From Paraglomus brasilianum (lineage: Eukaryota): a DNA stretch of 37,879 nt. A model generated the notes under the pieces. It was not told the origin of the DNA. It saw only the letters and a program-made list of their open reading frames with translations, and ran no database searches. The translations under genes were made by a program, and so were the position numbers. Where the stretch lies: the NCBI GenBank assembly GCA_910592345.1, contig CAJVPI010000266.1:1-37879 (forward strand). The letters are read 5' to 3'. Below, in pieces: positions 21,706 through 35,125 of this stretch (position 1 is the stretch's first letter; every line of letters begins with the position of its first letter).

Positions 21706-23601
21706 TCACCAGGCTTGGAACACGTTTTCTGCCATTTCAACAGCCTGTTTAGGATTATTTTTGTAATAAACAAAATGTCCCTGTAACTGAGCAGGACTAA
21801 CAGCGCGTCCTTTCGTTCTCTCGACAAACTCGTCTGCCAAACTCTCTTCGTTCTCGTAAAACCTGAGGAACATGTGCTTGATTTGATAGTCGGTAGCGTT
21901 ACCAAAGTATTCTTTCATGTCTATCCGACCAGGACGAATCAAGGCTTGATCAAGTCGTTCGACGTAATTTGTTGTCATAAAGATTATGCGTTCCTCTGAA
22001 GCAGCTACACCGTCTAGAGCGTTTAATAGGCCGGAGAACGTGACCATAGAGGGGTAGCTTGATGCGATCGGGATAGGATTAAAAAAAAAAAAAAAAGAGT
22101 AAAGTGAGTAGTATGTTTGCGTCATCAGTAGTGATAGAATAATTGTTGGGTTAGTATAAACACGTAGTCGACTCAACCCTCCATAAATATTTTGGAGTCC
22201 ATCACCATGACCAAGAAACCGAAATCAAGAGAAAAATAATTCAAGCCAACCCCTGCCCGTCGTCCTGAAGTTTTCGAGAGGTAAAGGCTGCATCAATATC
22301 CTCGAGCAACAAGATACTCCTCTCCGGCGCATTGCTCAACAGATGATTTAATCTATCATCAGTCAACGCGCGTTCGCCAAGGTTCAAAATACATATGTTG
22401 TATCCCAACTCTCCGGCGAGAGCTTGGATGAAACTGCTCTTACCACTACCGGGTGGACCGTAGAGTAAATAACCGCGACGATAAGGTATACCTTTTGAAA
22501 GGGTGGGAGGGGTGGTGATTATCATTGAGCACGTATGTTAGGATAACTAGCTTTGATGAGTATCCCTACACTTCGGAGAGGGTTTTTACGCGTCTAGCTG
22601 TGATAATTATTGGCGGGGAAGGAGTTGCTTATTCATAATAAATACTCTCTATACAGAGTATCAAGCAGAAATAGTTGGCTTCAAAATTATCATAAATCGG
22701 GCGCCGCAAAAACGACCGAATCACGCCGCCATTCACGACTCACGCGTATCATTACCTTACGGAGGGAAATTCTTATGTTTTCTAATCTCCCATACATCCC
22801 CCCGATTCAATAAAACATACCTCTCTCACTATACCACTTTCCATTCCCGATGAATTCTTCAATATCCGTAATAATCCTTTCCTTCACATTCTTATCCAAG
22901 ATTACCGAACTCAACAGACGTCGCTTTCTCGGTAAACCGAATGGTTTCCATTCCGGACCCCAACTAGTATATATCACAGTTTTGCCCTCCTGTTTAGCCA
23001 GAGCAATCGCCTGAGATTCATGGAGAAGTTCGGTAAAGAGGTGTCTGTCGCGAGAGAGAGTGGTTAGAGTTACTGTTTCAAAAGGGGTTGTTGTTATCAA
23101 GTCGACAGCTTTGTCTCTATGGCGTTCGATCTGAAATTGGTGAGCGCGTAGAGAAAAATAAAGAGATGATCAAGAGTTGTTTGATAATGCTAGAACGAAG
23201 CGAGGGTATACAAGTGTCGCACCCGCAATATTTACATTATACTAACAAGAACACACCTGGAACCATACACCCTTCCACTTAAAATAATGTCTTCCTGGAC
23301 CAGGAACTAGGCTGAATGCCGTTGATACACTTCCATTATCATGCTGTACAAACGAAGTCTGCACGGCATATTTATGCGTCCTTCTTGCTGGCTGCTGTGA
23401 CATCCACTGCAGGAACCACATGTATGATACATCTTTTGAATGAATCTCTAGCGTAGCCAGTAATCGTCTCCGGGCGATTTCAGTACCCAAGACGAGCCCT
23501 CTTCTTAATGTGGCTACGCCAACACCAAAGCCTACCACACCTACGCCAGCAGTGAAGTAGGGATTGTTCTCGAGCAAAGAGTTGAAGAATTTGTCCAACA
23601 T
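21706..23601 (-). CDS. BCS1: Mitochondrial AAA chaperone Bcs1 (about 415 aa, 4 exons)
   Basis: Exons 23601-23257, 23130-22821, 22491-22251, 22057-21706. [11 protein letters not shown] segment, [18 protein letters not shown], Walker [10 protein letters not shown], Walker [36 protein letters not shown]. Confidence 0.97.
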
Positions 23602-25639
23602 TGTTGAATGTTAAAGGTTTTTTAGTGTACCCGAAATTTTTTAATCGATTATCAGTAGTCATGTGATTACCGGGAATGCACATTCCGTTCATTGTGAAAA
23701 AGGGATTTCTGAATACTGATTGATGTAACCGCTACACCCATCAGGCATGTTGCACATACTTGAGCACCTCCAACTTTGAATTCTCATCAGATCGTTACGA
23801 ATATTGCGTCATTACCGATTTCACAATTTACAGGACTATCGTATTTAACAGAAATGCTTCACCAACGGGTCAGATTAATCGGGCTTGCTGTGACTCTGGA
23901 TCACTGTTTAAAAATACGTTTGTTCCCAAATCTATTTTACATGACGCGTGTGGATGAAAAGTTGCACAAACACAACAGTAATAATTTATTATAATATAAA
24001 CCATCATAGCGCATCTCAAAGTATTCACGTGCCTGGGAGATTGTATCCAGAATATCTGCAATGACAAGCTCATCTTCATTCTATATTATGACTGATGACA
24101 CAGTCCCTGCGTTTGTTTACAGTATGACGCTACGCAGCATCACCAAATGTCAAGACTAAAATTGCTATTGGAGTAAGATGACATGGCGATAAAGCGGATT
24201 ATGTTAATTGATGTGATGGAATCCAAATTCCGATAATAATAAATATTATTATTATGCATCTCATGAAGGCGTTCTCTCCCAAGCATGTAACAAATAAGTA
24301 TGCTGTACAACACATCAGCTGACCGATAAGCTTTCTTTCGCGGGTAAATTTCTTCGTGTACCCCGATTATTTCCTACGTTTGCGCCACAGGCGGTAAACA
24401 CTTTGTTCTGGGCATATTCAGTATCAGGCATAGTCATTAGCTACGGACCAGCCCAAATCGTAAATTCCCTTGATTATCACGAACGTGTCCAATGTTACGT
24501 AACTGTACCGACGGCATAAATGAATGATACGTCATTGTATGGAATCGAGAGCATTAATCCAGTGTTATTAATGATTAATAGCGTCTGCCGGTAGATTGCC
24601 CGTACTACACCATTTTACGTGATTTGGCGCTCGATTCTTAACGCTGCTCTCTCCGTCAATGACATTATTATGGCCAATGTTTGTGCTTGCTTGCTGGCAT
24701 TGTTTGATACTCTATCTAATGTTCTTATAACTGCTTCACAAGAAAAATTATTGTTATATAGCCCAATTTGGCTGCAATCCTATCTTTCTTAATTCATGGT
24801 ATCGAGAATGTGAGTATCAATAGACATTCAAACGACACTGTGTAACGATTTCTAGGTGCTACCTAATAAAGGAACAACCTAATGGTAATCGTGTGTAACC
24901 TTAATCAAGATAATAATGGTGCACAGTATAATTCGTAAAGAACCGACATTAATTCCGGTCATCATTGTGTTAAATACTATATATCGGAATATACTGTGCG
25001 ACGTTAAAAGTGTTGTTGACCAAAACTCCATAGATAATAGCTGCCTTTTTAGTGCAAATACACCTTTAGCGTTCAGGCGTAGGTGTAACTAATAAAACTC
25101 CATGATAATCGCTTAATCGTTAGGTATAGGCTCCGTCTATTTGTCACAATCGCAGATTGCTTGTATTCAATTAAGTTCTAGCCAATAAATGGCTAAACCA
25201 TTTGATCGAAAAAGATAAAATATCTATACTACTTTGTATGAACACCAAATATGGCCTAATACGAAGCTTTCATAACAAACCGGCGCGTGGGTAGACCATG
25301 ATTCAAGTCACGAGTGCCATATAGAAAGCTTTGCGAGTCTCTTCAGTTTTTCAACTTGAATAATTAAAGAATCACAAGCTAGAGTCTTTTACTTTCGATT
25401 CTAGATTATTTCCGTCTCGGTGTTTGAAGCCATTGGGAAGCAATGGAACTGTGTTAGCTTTTTCAAAACAATTCTTATCAAATTGGGAAGATCAGGACGA
25501 GACCGAAAAAGGCCGAATTCATATTGGATTTGTGTCATCAAGGGGCTAGCATTTTGTTTCAATAAATGGACACTTGCCTGCCTACTCCCCCCCGCCCCTT
25601 CATTGCTATTCAGTAGCAATTCCCCCAGTCTAGTTCACC

Positions 25640-27350
25640 ATGGTCAGAAAATTGGTATCCTCCCTGCTATCGCCCATTTTCCTCGTTCTTGTCCTCTTCC
25701 TCCTTCCCTTCCTTGCATCAGCTCGTTCGGGCTCACGATCAGTAGGCCTAAATTTACAATCTGAATCTGAACCATCCGATGGCAGATGGACTGACGTGCT
25801 GAGACTAATCCAAGTGGCAGAAAACAAGCCACCCACGTGGTTAACGGAAGACGAGATTCTAGTTTTGATTAGGGCGGGAGTAAAGTTTATGGACGTTACC
25901 GAGGATCAAAAAGGTGTGACAGCCGTTGCAAAGAAGACCAGAGGTAAGCAAAGGCGAAAGTTTATTATGACGAATGGGAAAGAATGTGCTCAATCGGATC
26001 GATAAGAAACATATACAAGAAATGCCAGCTTATTGTCTTTTCCTTTGATAATCTATCCTTTCGCCAGTCTATCCCGATGTGCCTAACTACGTTTCCGAAG
26101 TATCCGAGTTTATTCCGCTTCTAGAAGCTCAAAGATTAAAAACAACTCTCAAGGCGTTTACCAATTTCCACACACGGTACTATCGCTCATCTTCAGGGGC
26201 AGATTCATCAAAATGGTTGTTTAAACAGATTCTCGCGATCATCAACGCTGCAAGTGACGATATTGATGTGTCGGTAAAAAAGTTCAAACATTCGTGGGTA
26301 CAGAAAAGTATTATAGCACGATTCGAGGGTAGTGATCCGGACAGACAGGAAGAGGTTGTTATTGTCGGAGCGCATCAAGATAGTATCAATATGTGGTTCC
26401 CCATGGTCGGGAGGTCTCCAGGAGGTAAGAAAATTTTTACGCCCCGGAAAAAATGAGCGACTGAGATTGATCTAGTACTCGCACGTTTTGCTTCTGTACT
26501 TGTGAATCGCCTTCTCTAACTTTCCAATATTCCATATTCGTTCCACGAAGCCGATGATGATGGAAGTGGTACAGTAACAATACTCGAAGCCTTCCGTGTC
26601 CTGGTCGAAGGCGGCTTCAAACCTACACGCCCAGTCGAGTTCCATTGGTATTCTGCCGAAGAAGTTGGTCTATTGGGATCGCAAGCGGTGGCACAGTATT
26701 ATGCACGCCAAGGGAGAGATGTCATTGGAATGCTTCAGAATGATATGACCGGATATGTCGGAAACCAAAAGGGTTCATTTGGAATTATTGTCGATTACGT
26801 GGATGATGATTTGACGCTGTTCTTAAAGAAGCTTGCAAGGCAGTATGCGAACATGCCTATTGTAGATACCAAGTGCGGGTAAGTATACTTGAACGGATAT
26901 TAGAATGTGACAAAGAGGTGTGTAGGTATTAGACCCGTTACTGATTGGTGCTGTTATTGTTTGTTAGGTATGCTTGTTCTGATCATGCATCTTGGAGGAA
27001 GGTCTGTAACTTGTCTCTAATTGCTTAACCATCACGTTGAATTTGTATAAATGCATTGAATCATTACTTATATGCTATATGATAAAATCGTAAATTTAAT
27101 ATTCGTAGGCCGGCTACCCATCTGCCTTTGCTTTCGAAGGAAAGTTTGAGAACTCTAATCCATACATTCATACATCGAATGACGTTTTAGAGAATCTTGA
27201 CTTTGACCACATGCTTGAATTCTCAAAGGTAAATAATATTGTACAGATTAGTAATTGCTTATTGCAACGAATAATTTACTCATCTCACCCACATTTATTC
27301 TCTACCAGTTGGCTGTCAGCTTTGCCGTGGAATTGAGTCATATCGACTAA
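25640..27350 (+). CDS. LAP1: Secreted leucine aminopeptidase, peptidase family M28 (about 394 aa, 6 exons)
   Basis: Exons 25640-25943, 26068-26424, 26551-26878, 26968-27001, 27109-27228, 27309-27350. Signal peptide and zinc-site motifs [50 protein letters not shown]. Confidence 0.95.
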
Positions 27351-28830
27351 CGATTCAGACACTTGTTAATATAACCTGTACCGGCCAAATTGACTTGACG
27401 ATCATTGCGTAAATATTTTTTTATAGTATGGCAGGAAAGTTTTAGACGTCGCTACTGCCAATTAGCTAATAGGTAAATTGAGAACATTGTTCTTCAGGCA
27501 AGAATTATTTGGTAACCAGAATTATTTCGCGTCGTAATAAATTAAAAAATCTTAACTGGGCAATAAATCATTCAGGGCTGTTGTATAGGCAAGGTACTTT
27601 CTGAAGGTGGGAAGATTCCCAAGAAATCGCATGACGCGTTTGAAAATGGCGATAATTTAGTCTTTATGAAATTAGCAGTCTTGATAATATTACACTACGT
27701 CTCAATAAGTACAAGAATGTGACTAGAATGTTGTCAGAAATGATTGATTTTTGCTTCACGAAAATCGATTATTACAGAAAAGGTGTCATTGAGCAAGTTT
27801 ATACACGAAAATTTGGTTGGCGATCGCAGAGTTGGCCATTGTGCTACTAAACAATTGTAATTCAATTATAAATTAAATATTAATATATTATGCACCCTAA
27901 ATGTTCCAAGGTAACACACCAAGTTTATCATATACTGTGTAATGAACAATAAGGCGATTAACTAAAACACGTGGAAATTAACTTGTTCAATTTCAAACTT
28001 CCTGCTTGCACCAAACATGTGACAAGCATCAAGAAACAAGCACAAATTTAAAAGCAACGTGAAAAGCAGTGTCATCCTAGCGTTCATTTCGTCTGGTTTT
28101 GTGGCAGTACACGCCATATATGATCACCATAAACGAAACACATTGGTCAAACATTCCTGTCATGTAACCATTATGCATTAGAAACAGGTACAAAATAATT
28201 GCAAGCGATTTCAACTGAAGCGTGACATTCATGTCAGCTGATAAATAACTTGGTATTCCTTCTAATACACAGGAATACAGTATATTAAGATATAAATATC
28301 CTATTTATAAATATAATGATCCAATTGATATTACTTTTGCATCACACAAAATTCTAGAATTACGTAAAGGTACAATATAGACATCCAGTATTTGAGGAAG
28401 AATAGTATCAATTAAAGGAATGAAACAACAAAGAATAAACTGTAATAGATAAAAAGTGAGGAAAAAGGTACTCAGCTACACCAAAACAAAAGAAGAATAG
28501 GAGAGAACGCATTAATATCTATATATAAACTCTCCTAGCATAATTGGCGTCATTGTTAATAGCACGGTGCTCGAATGCCGGCTCCGAGCATCATTGATTC
28601 TTATTTCTTCCATAACGTATCATATCAAGTGAATCAACGACCTGAGATGCGCAATAGAATAAACAATAAGGACGAGGAGAATACCGGACTCAACTGATTA
28701 ACCAAAAACATTTTCATCATCCTCATTCCTCTTTAGCGCCGTACAGAAATAATATATAGAGAACGTCGGGAGCAGCAGAAACAAATAGTGAGGTAATGGC
28801 CACGTCGTATCGTAATGTTACTTTCTGTCT

Positions 28831-30176
28831 TCAAATCTCAGATAGATCGTCCAACAGTTTCTTTTTCTGTTCCTTCGTGATCATCTTACTCGCTTTTCTG
28901 GCCAATAACCTCTCTGTGCGATATTGCTCATAGAACACTTCTAAAGTCATATCTTTAAACAATCTACGGTGCGTATTCATCAACACGTTCTTCAAAACAA
29001 GAAAGTCGCAATGGTTTGAGTTTAGGCAATCGATAACGCCCCAGGCGTATTGTCTTCCGCGGATTGTTTGTCCTGTCGATGGATCAGTAATTTCAGCATC
29101 CTCGGGTGCAATGACCGAGAACGGAAGCAATTTCTGAAGTATTGTGATATCTTCGACTATTTCAGTCTCGACATCTTCATCGTCCTCTGCGGGAAAGGCG
29201 AAAACGGGTATTTGATGTGTTTTGAGATCGTTGGTGATGGTCTGCTTCAATTTGCCGAGTTGTGCGGTTGTTAGGAGATCGGCTTTGGCTACGACCGGGA
29301 GTACATTAACACGTGCGCTGATTCGTTTGAGAATGCGAATATCTTTGTCGGTTAGGCCCATGTTGACATTGTCGATGAAGTAGATACATGCGTGAATCTG
29401 ACTGTCGACCGCTCGTGGGTTGCGCTTTACTTTCGTTTCCTAGATAAAATAATATAAAAATGTTTGTTATCTATGAGGTGTAACGGGGTAGGGTGTGTAT
29501 ACTGACTAAAAACCTTTAAATAAAGTGGTCACATAATCTTGTAATTAATTAACTCTTAATTCCTTATCAAACGTGGATACCAAGCCCCTATCGTGTATTA
29601 AGCCTCGGCGAAAGCCTCTAACTCTTGTCCTTAGATTTCTGTAGCCGACAAACAAGCCCTCTTAAGGGTCAAGCTCTAGCGCCCAATAGATCAATTACTC
29701 CAATCGATTATTTTACCAATTCGCCAAAATACCAATAATAAAATATAATTCTCCAAAGCGCCATTGTTTTTTCTGTACATTGAGACTCAATTCATCAAAC
29801 AGATTTTAATTCTTACCTCAGCCAAAGTCTGATCAAATTGAGCTTCGATATATCGCAAAACTTCCGTGACCTGCACGTCCAATCTCAATTCGTTATCCTT
29901 TACGAACCCAGGAGTGTCTACCAATGTTAATGAAATCTTCTCTCCCTCTTCATCGACTTCCGTTGTGAAGGAATACAATTCCTTCGTGCCAGTATCCTCG
30001 GGCGTTTGGCTTATTTGGAAGACAGCAGGTGGAAGTTCGTCCTTGTCGTGTTGTCGATTGTGAAGAGTGTCGGCAAGCATACGGATAAACGAAGTCTTGC
30101 CCAGGGATTTAAAACCTACCACCATAAGGTTGAGCTGGGAGATGGTATGTTTTCTACGACGAGAACGCGGATTCAT
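28831..30176 (-). CDS. Septin-family GTPase (about 322 aa, 2 exons)
   Basis: Exons 30176-29817 and 29439-28831. Polybasic RSRRRK, G1 GFKSLGKTS, G3 DTPG, DSQIHACIYFI, G4 AKAD, and the septin unique element RGRQYAWG...HCDF...YEQYRTERL. Confidence 0.93.
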
Positions 30177-31159
30177 TTTCAATTTTTATGAAATCGTTCA
30201 ATTCCTGTAGCTTAAACTGGGGTATGTTCGCAGAACAAGGTAGTTATTTATATGGGTTACCCGTGAGTGGAGTCTTGTAGTTGCTATTCGGAGAAAGGAA
30301 AAGGGGAAGTATGTTGTTTGGAGTGAAAAGAGACGAAATAGGAAGGAGAGACGGGGTAGGTTAATTAAATCCCTGTTTATGTACGTTTTATAGCACCTCA
30401 GCGATAAAAGCAAGAGCAGAGAAGCAATATAAAGGTGAATAACTCTCGTGTACCGAATCTTACTTTGTGCTTTCTGGTCTGTTTCGACCTTTCGTCAAAC
30501 CCACCGACAATAAATGCGGTGGAACGGAAATTTTTATGCTAATTAGTTGTGAGATTACGTGATACGAGCCCATCAGCAGTAATAAATTATTTTATTATTA
30601 TTATTTATTGGCATGTCGTGTGAATTGACGGTCTACATTTAAGTAAACGGTTACGATTGGTGCATTTCGTATTCGTCCAACGTCTTGAAACCTAAATTAG
30701 CAAGATTTATAGTAAATTCTTTGGGACAAACCGTTATACTATGTTATGACAGGGCTTGTTGATGTCTGAAAAGACAATACTTGGAAATATGGATTTAGCT
30801 CTATTTGATCAACAATAAGAAACATTGCCATTGAAGATATTATTAGTAATATCGATATATCAGTCGACTTGTTTAGTTTCGTCATTTTTAATATATGCCA
30901 GATAAGATTAGTGCAGTAATATTAACATGTATTATACTTTCCCAGTTTGTTGGTTCATTCTCCAAAAGGAATGTTTGTCACATGTTTCGCCAAGAGCTAG
31001 TAAGAAACACCATATTAATATCACTTAGTATTAGACCAATTTCTAAAACAGTGCTCCGAATGGGAAACATTAAGCTTCTATAGATTATTCTAATAGCAAT
31101 AGCGCAATTGCCTTTTCACTCGAATTAAGCATAACATATTATTTATTCAAAAGTGTACG

Positions 31160-31160
<1 letters not shown>

Positions 31161-31192
<32 letters not shown>

Positions 31193-31216
31193 GTTATTAT
31201 TGTTATTATTATTGTT
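31161..31216. repeat. (TTA/TTG)n trinucleotide microsatellite
   Basis: Read directly from the sequence. Confidence 0.85.
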
Positions 31217-32019
31217 ACGTTTAGACTTGTAATATGCCACCTGAATAGATCATCAAAATTGTGTGGGAAATTAAAGCTGTTCGATAATAATCGTGTAATT
31301 AATTTATTGAAAGGTGATGCAGTGGGCAAAACAAGTTCAGCTTTTCACAGATATCTTTCACCTTTGATACTATCGACGAAGTTCAAAAAGTATATGTTTA
31401 GTAGACTGTCACAAGTCTCGCGTCATATTAACGCTATAGAGAACCGAGTCTAAAATGTTAAAACAGGTTACAATCCTCTTTTTATATGTTGTCTAGTTAA
31501 TCAGTTGAAAATAACCCATATTAATATGAGAGGGTGTATATGAACTGTTAATTAATCTTAACCAATCTTAACTAAAGGTTCCAGTATTTCTTAATAAATA
31601 AGACCATTATTTGACATGGTCTCGAAATCGCACACAAGACAAAATTCCATAATCTTTCGTGCGTCCCGACCCAATTTTATAAGCAAGAGTTTAGACGTAT
31701 GGTAGACATAATACGATATTTTCGAAGAACAATGCAAGACTGATCATACAGTACAGTGGAATATTGACTATATATAAAATATCTTGGGTAATGTTCCCTA
31801 TACGGTTCAATTAACGAAAATGTCCATATTATTTTTATATTTCTTGACATGAATCTGTATACAACGAACTTTTAAGAGAAGAGTCTTTGTTCATGTCGAA
31901 GCTGCATCGTAAGATTATCCTTGCTTCCCGAAAATCATCCTGCATATTTGTTTACGAGATCGACATATTATCGATGATGTAATAGGCCCTGATGGATAAA
32001 CGTTGTTGTCAAAGCGAAT

Positions 32020-33316
32020 ATGCTTACTTTTAAAACTGAAGGGTATAATGGATACTCGGTGAGCATGGTTTATCCATAGATGTTCATTCTTTTGTATGAC
32101 CAAGTAGATATTGTCTGAAAGTATGTCTGACAGGTCTTGTAACCCATGTGGCTATTCCTTTCTATCGAATAGGTACAATTCAGCCCGTTCGTTGAACATA
32201 AACTGGCATGTGCATCATCTGCAAACTTTGGACTGGTTGGAAATGGTCGACTGTTTATTCTTAATCTGGGCACAACGCCGAATGGAATGAGCATGGAACG
32301 AATGTAAATCGATCAAACTATCTAAAGCTAGAAAAATTTTGCTTTCTCCTGTATAATTAAAACATCTCAACGCTTCGTAGGTTCGATACTCAAGATGGGC
32401 TGTTTGATTGCTCATGGAGCGAGATTAATGAGAACCAGATTGTGACAGCAAGTGGAGATGGATCTATTAAATTATGGGATATTACACTTGCGGTTTGTAT
32501 ATGATCACCGCATACCTGTAAGTCTGTTGATATTAAGCTGTGTGTCTGTGAATATGTTTCTATTGAATCGTATTAGGAATTTCCGATACGGAACTGGAAA
32601 GAGCACCAAAGAGAGGTGTTTTCTGTGCATTGGAATTACATCAAGAAGGATACTTTCGTTAGTGGATCGTGGGATCAGACAATCAAATTGGTAAGGATAG
32701 GGTTTATCATGAACGAAGATGTCATACATCTTAGATTATTGTTGGCTAATCCATTTCAACACATTCTTCTATTTAGTGGCATCCGGACCAACCCCAATCT
32801 CTCTCAACATTCACAGGCCACACAGCTTGTATTTATAGCACACTCTGGTCACCATATAATGCCGATTTATTCGGCTCAGTGTCAGGAGATCGCACATTTC
32901 GTCTTTGGGATACTAAAACACCCAAACCCGTTATCGTCATACCTGCTCATCGGGATGAAATCTTATCGTTCGACTGGAATAAATACCGCGATCAAACCAT
33001 CGTAACAGGCTCTGTTGACACTACCCTTCGCATATGGGATCTCAGATTTCCCGACCGCGAAGTGAAGACGTTACAAGGGCACCAGTATGCCGTGAGGAGG
33101 GTGAAATATTCACCTCATTCTGGTGATATTATTGCTTCCGCTTCATATGATATGACGATGAGAGTATGGAATGTCGCTACGATGAACCCATTATTGATGT
33201 TGCATAATTTACATACCGAATTTGTATTAGGAATAGATTTTAATTTATATGTAGAAGGACAGATTGCTACATGTGCTTGGGATGAAATGGTACATGTGAT
33301 TCAACTAGTTTCGTGA
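32020..33316 (+). CDS. PEX7: Peroxisomal PTS2 receptor Pex7, WD40 repeats (about 311 aa, 5 exons)
   Basis: Exons 32020-32058, 32173-32303, 32381-32492, 32577-32690, 32777-33316. GYNGYSVQFSPF, ANFGLVGNGRLFIL, FDTQDGLFDCSWSE, SGSWD, DWNKY, GHQYAVRRVKYSPH, HTEFVLGIDF. Confidence 0.96.
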
Positions 33317-33524
33317 TTGCAAATGGAAGATGTGATAACAATACTCTGAAGGGGTGTTGGTCGAGCATTAATGTTGAATTTGTAACAATAGGCCTTGTGA
33401 AGCGGCTCGAAATAAAAAAGAACATTGACAGTTGAATATTGCATCTTTAGTATGGTTTATTATATATCACGTGATGACCGATGTTAACTTACCGAGACAA
33501 GTGACTATTTGACCGTAGCAGAAG

Positions 33525-35125
33525 ATGTCCTTCAATTATTCTGCGGAACTTGTTAACGACTTGGAAGCTCTCCTATGTAGTAGTGATGAATATGACTTGA
33601 TAATAAGATGTGGAGAAAACGACGAAGTAGAAGAAATAGGAGCCCATTCATTTCTTCTGCGAGCGCGGTGTGCTTACTTTAGAACTGCGCTATCAAAAAA
33701 ATGGCAAGAACGCGAGAATGGAATCATTAAATTTTCAAAGCCTAATATTGCGCCCAGAATCATCAAGATAATTCTGAGGTAAAACAAATAACTAATCTGA
33801 CAAGGATAATACATTCAAGTGCATTTATGAACAGTTATCGTTACTTTAGGTATTTGTACACGGGACTATTTCGAATAGATACACTACCATGTGAAGACCT
33901 ATTAAAACTGTTAATAGCATCAGACGAGTTATGCCTTTCAACACTATTCAACGAAACAGAGTCGTATCTAATTGATAAACGGCACGAATGGCTCCTTCAG
34001 AATCTCGTTACTCTTGTACAATGTTCCTACAAATTCTCGGCATTCGACAAATTGAACTCATTCATACTAGAAGCATTCGCAAATAATCCGAACGTCATTT
34101 TTAAATCTGAAAACTTTCACAAACTTGAAGAGAGCATTTTGATCGAATTACTAAAACGAGATGACCTTTGTATGGATGAAGTCGATATATGGGACTGTGT
34201 TTTAAAATGGGCCTTTGGCCGAACCGAGTCGTTGGAAGGTATGACATTGCAACAACTGTCGAACGAACATTGGACAGAATTACGAAAAACACTTGAGAAT
34301 TGTCTTCCATGGATTAGATTTCACCAGGTACTATCACATCATTGGTTAATAAGCACTTTCTAGCAAGATACAAAGATGCAGCACGCGATAAAACACCAAT
34401 ACATTCTTAAACACTCTATCTAATCGTTATAGATGAATCCAGAAGAATATTTTACAAGAGTACGCATACCGTATAAAGCTCTTTTATCGACTGAACTGGA
34501 TGAAGAGATACTTCATTATTTTCACATTCCCAACTTCAGGCCCTCGTTCAACCCCCCACCCAAACGTCATGGATTGATTGATTCCACTATAATAGGTTCT
34601 CGTCATGCGTCGTTAATATACTCTACAATTATCAAATCCGTAGACAAGTCATTTAAATTCAAACTACTTTTTCGTGCAAGCTCACACGGTTTTCAGCCGA
34701 ATGTATTTCACTCGAGATGTGATTTTGCCACCAGAACTATCGTCGTTGGAAAGATCGCAGGGAGCCAGGATATAATTGGTGGATATAATCCTGTATCATG
34801 GACTCAAGGAACCCAGATGCTATTTGTGACAAGCTGTGGTCCTTGTGATGAGCAATGGCCAACTGTGAGGTATTACAGATTTACCATGGATAGTTTTCTG
34901 TTTGCATTTAAGGATGGGGAGAAAGATCAGTATCGCATAAGCAGAGTAACTACGGCCTCCCATGCTATTCTATGCACCCCCGGTTACGGACCTAGCTTCG
35001 GTGAATCCGATTTGATAATCACTGATCGAAGAGGATGTTGTATGCCCAGGAGTTATGAAAGATTGCTAACGCAGACTGGAGTATTTGCGTTTGAGGACTA
35101 TGAAGTTTTTGAAGTAATTGTATAA
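33525..35125 (+). CDS. BTB/POZ-BACK-TLDc domain protein (about 474 aa, 3 exons)
   Basis: Exons 33525-33778, 33850-34327, 34433-35125. BTB (YDLII...AHSFLLRARCAYF...ILRYLYTG), BACK (LLKRDDLCMDEVDIWDCVLKW...LPWIRF), TLDc (FKLLFRASSHGF...IIGGYNPVSW...YGPSFG...EDYEVFEV). Confidence 0.93.

Noticed and set aside
22492..22820. Structured RNA (hammerhead or snoRNA) in BCS1 intron 2
   Set aside because: Some hairpins and TGATGAG are present, but there is no CTGATGA plus GAAA core and no convincing box arrangement.
23760..25400. Possible gene between BCS1 and the aminopeptidase
   Set aside because: Only short interrupted frames were found, with no recognisable motif or consistent exon chain.
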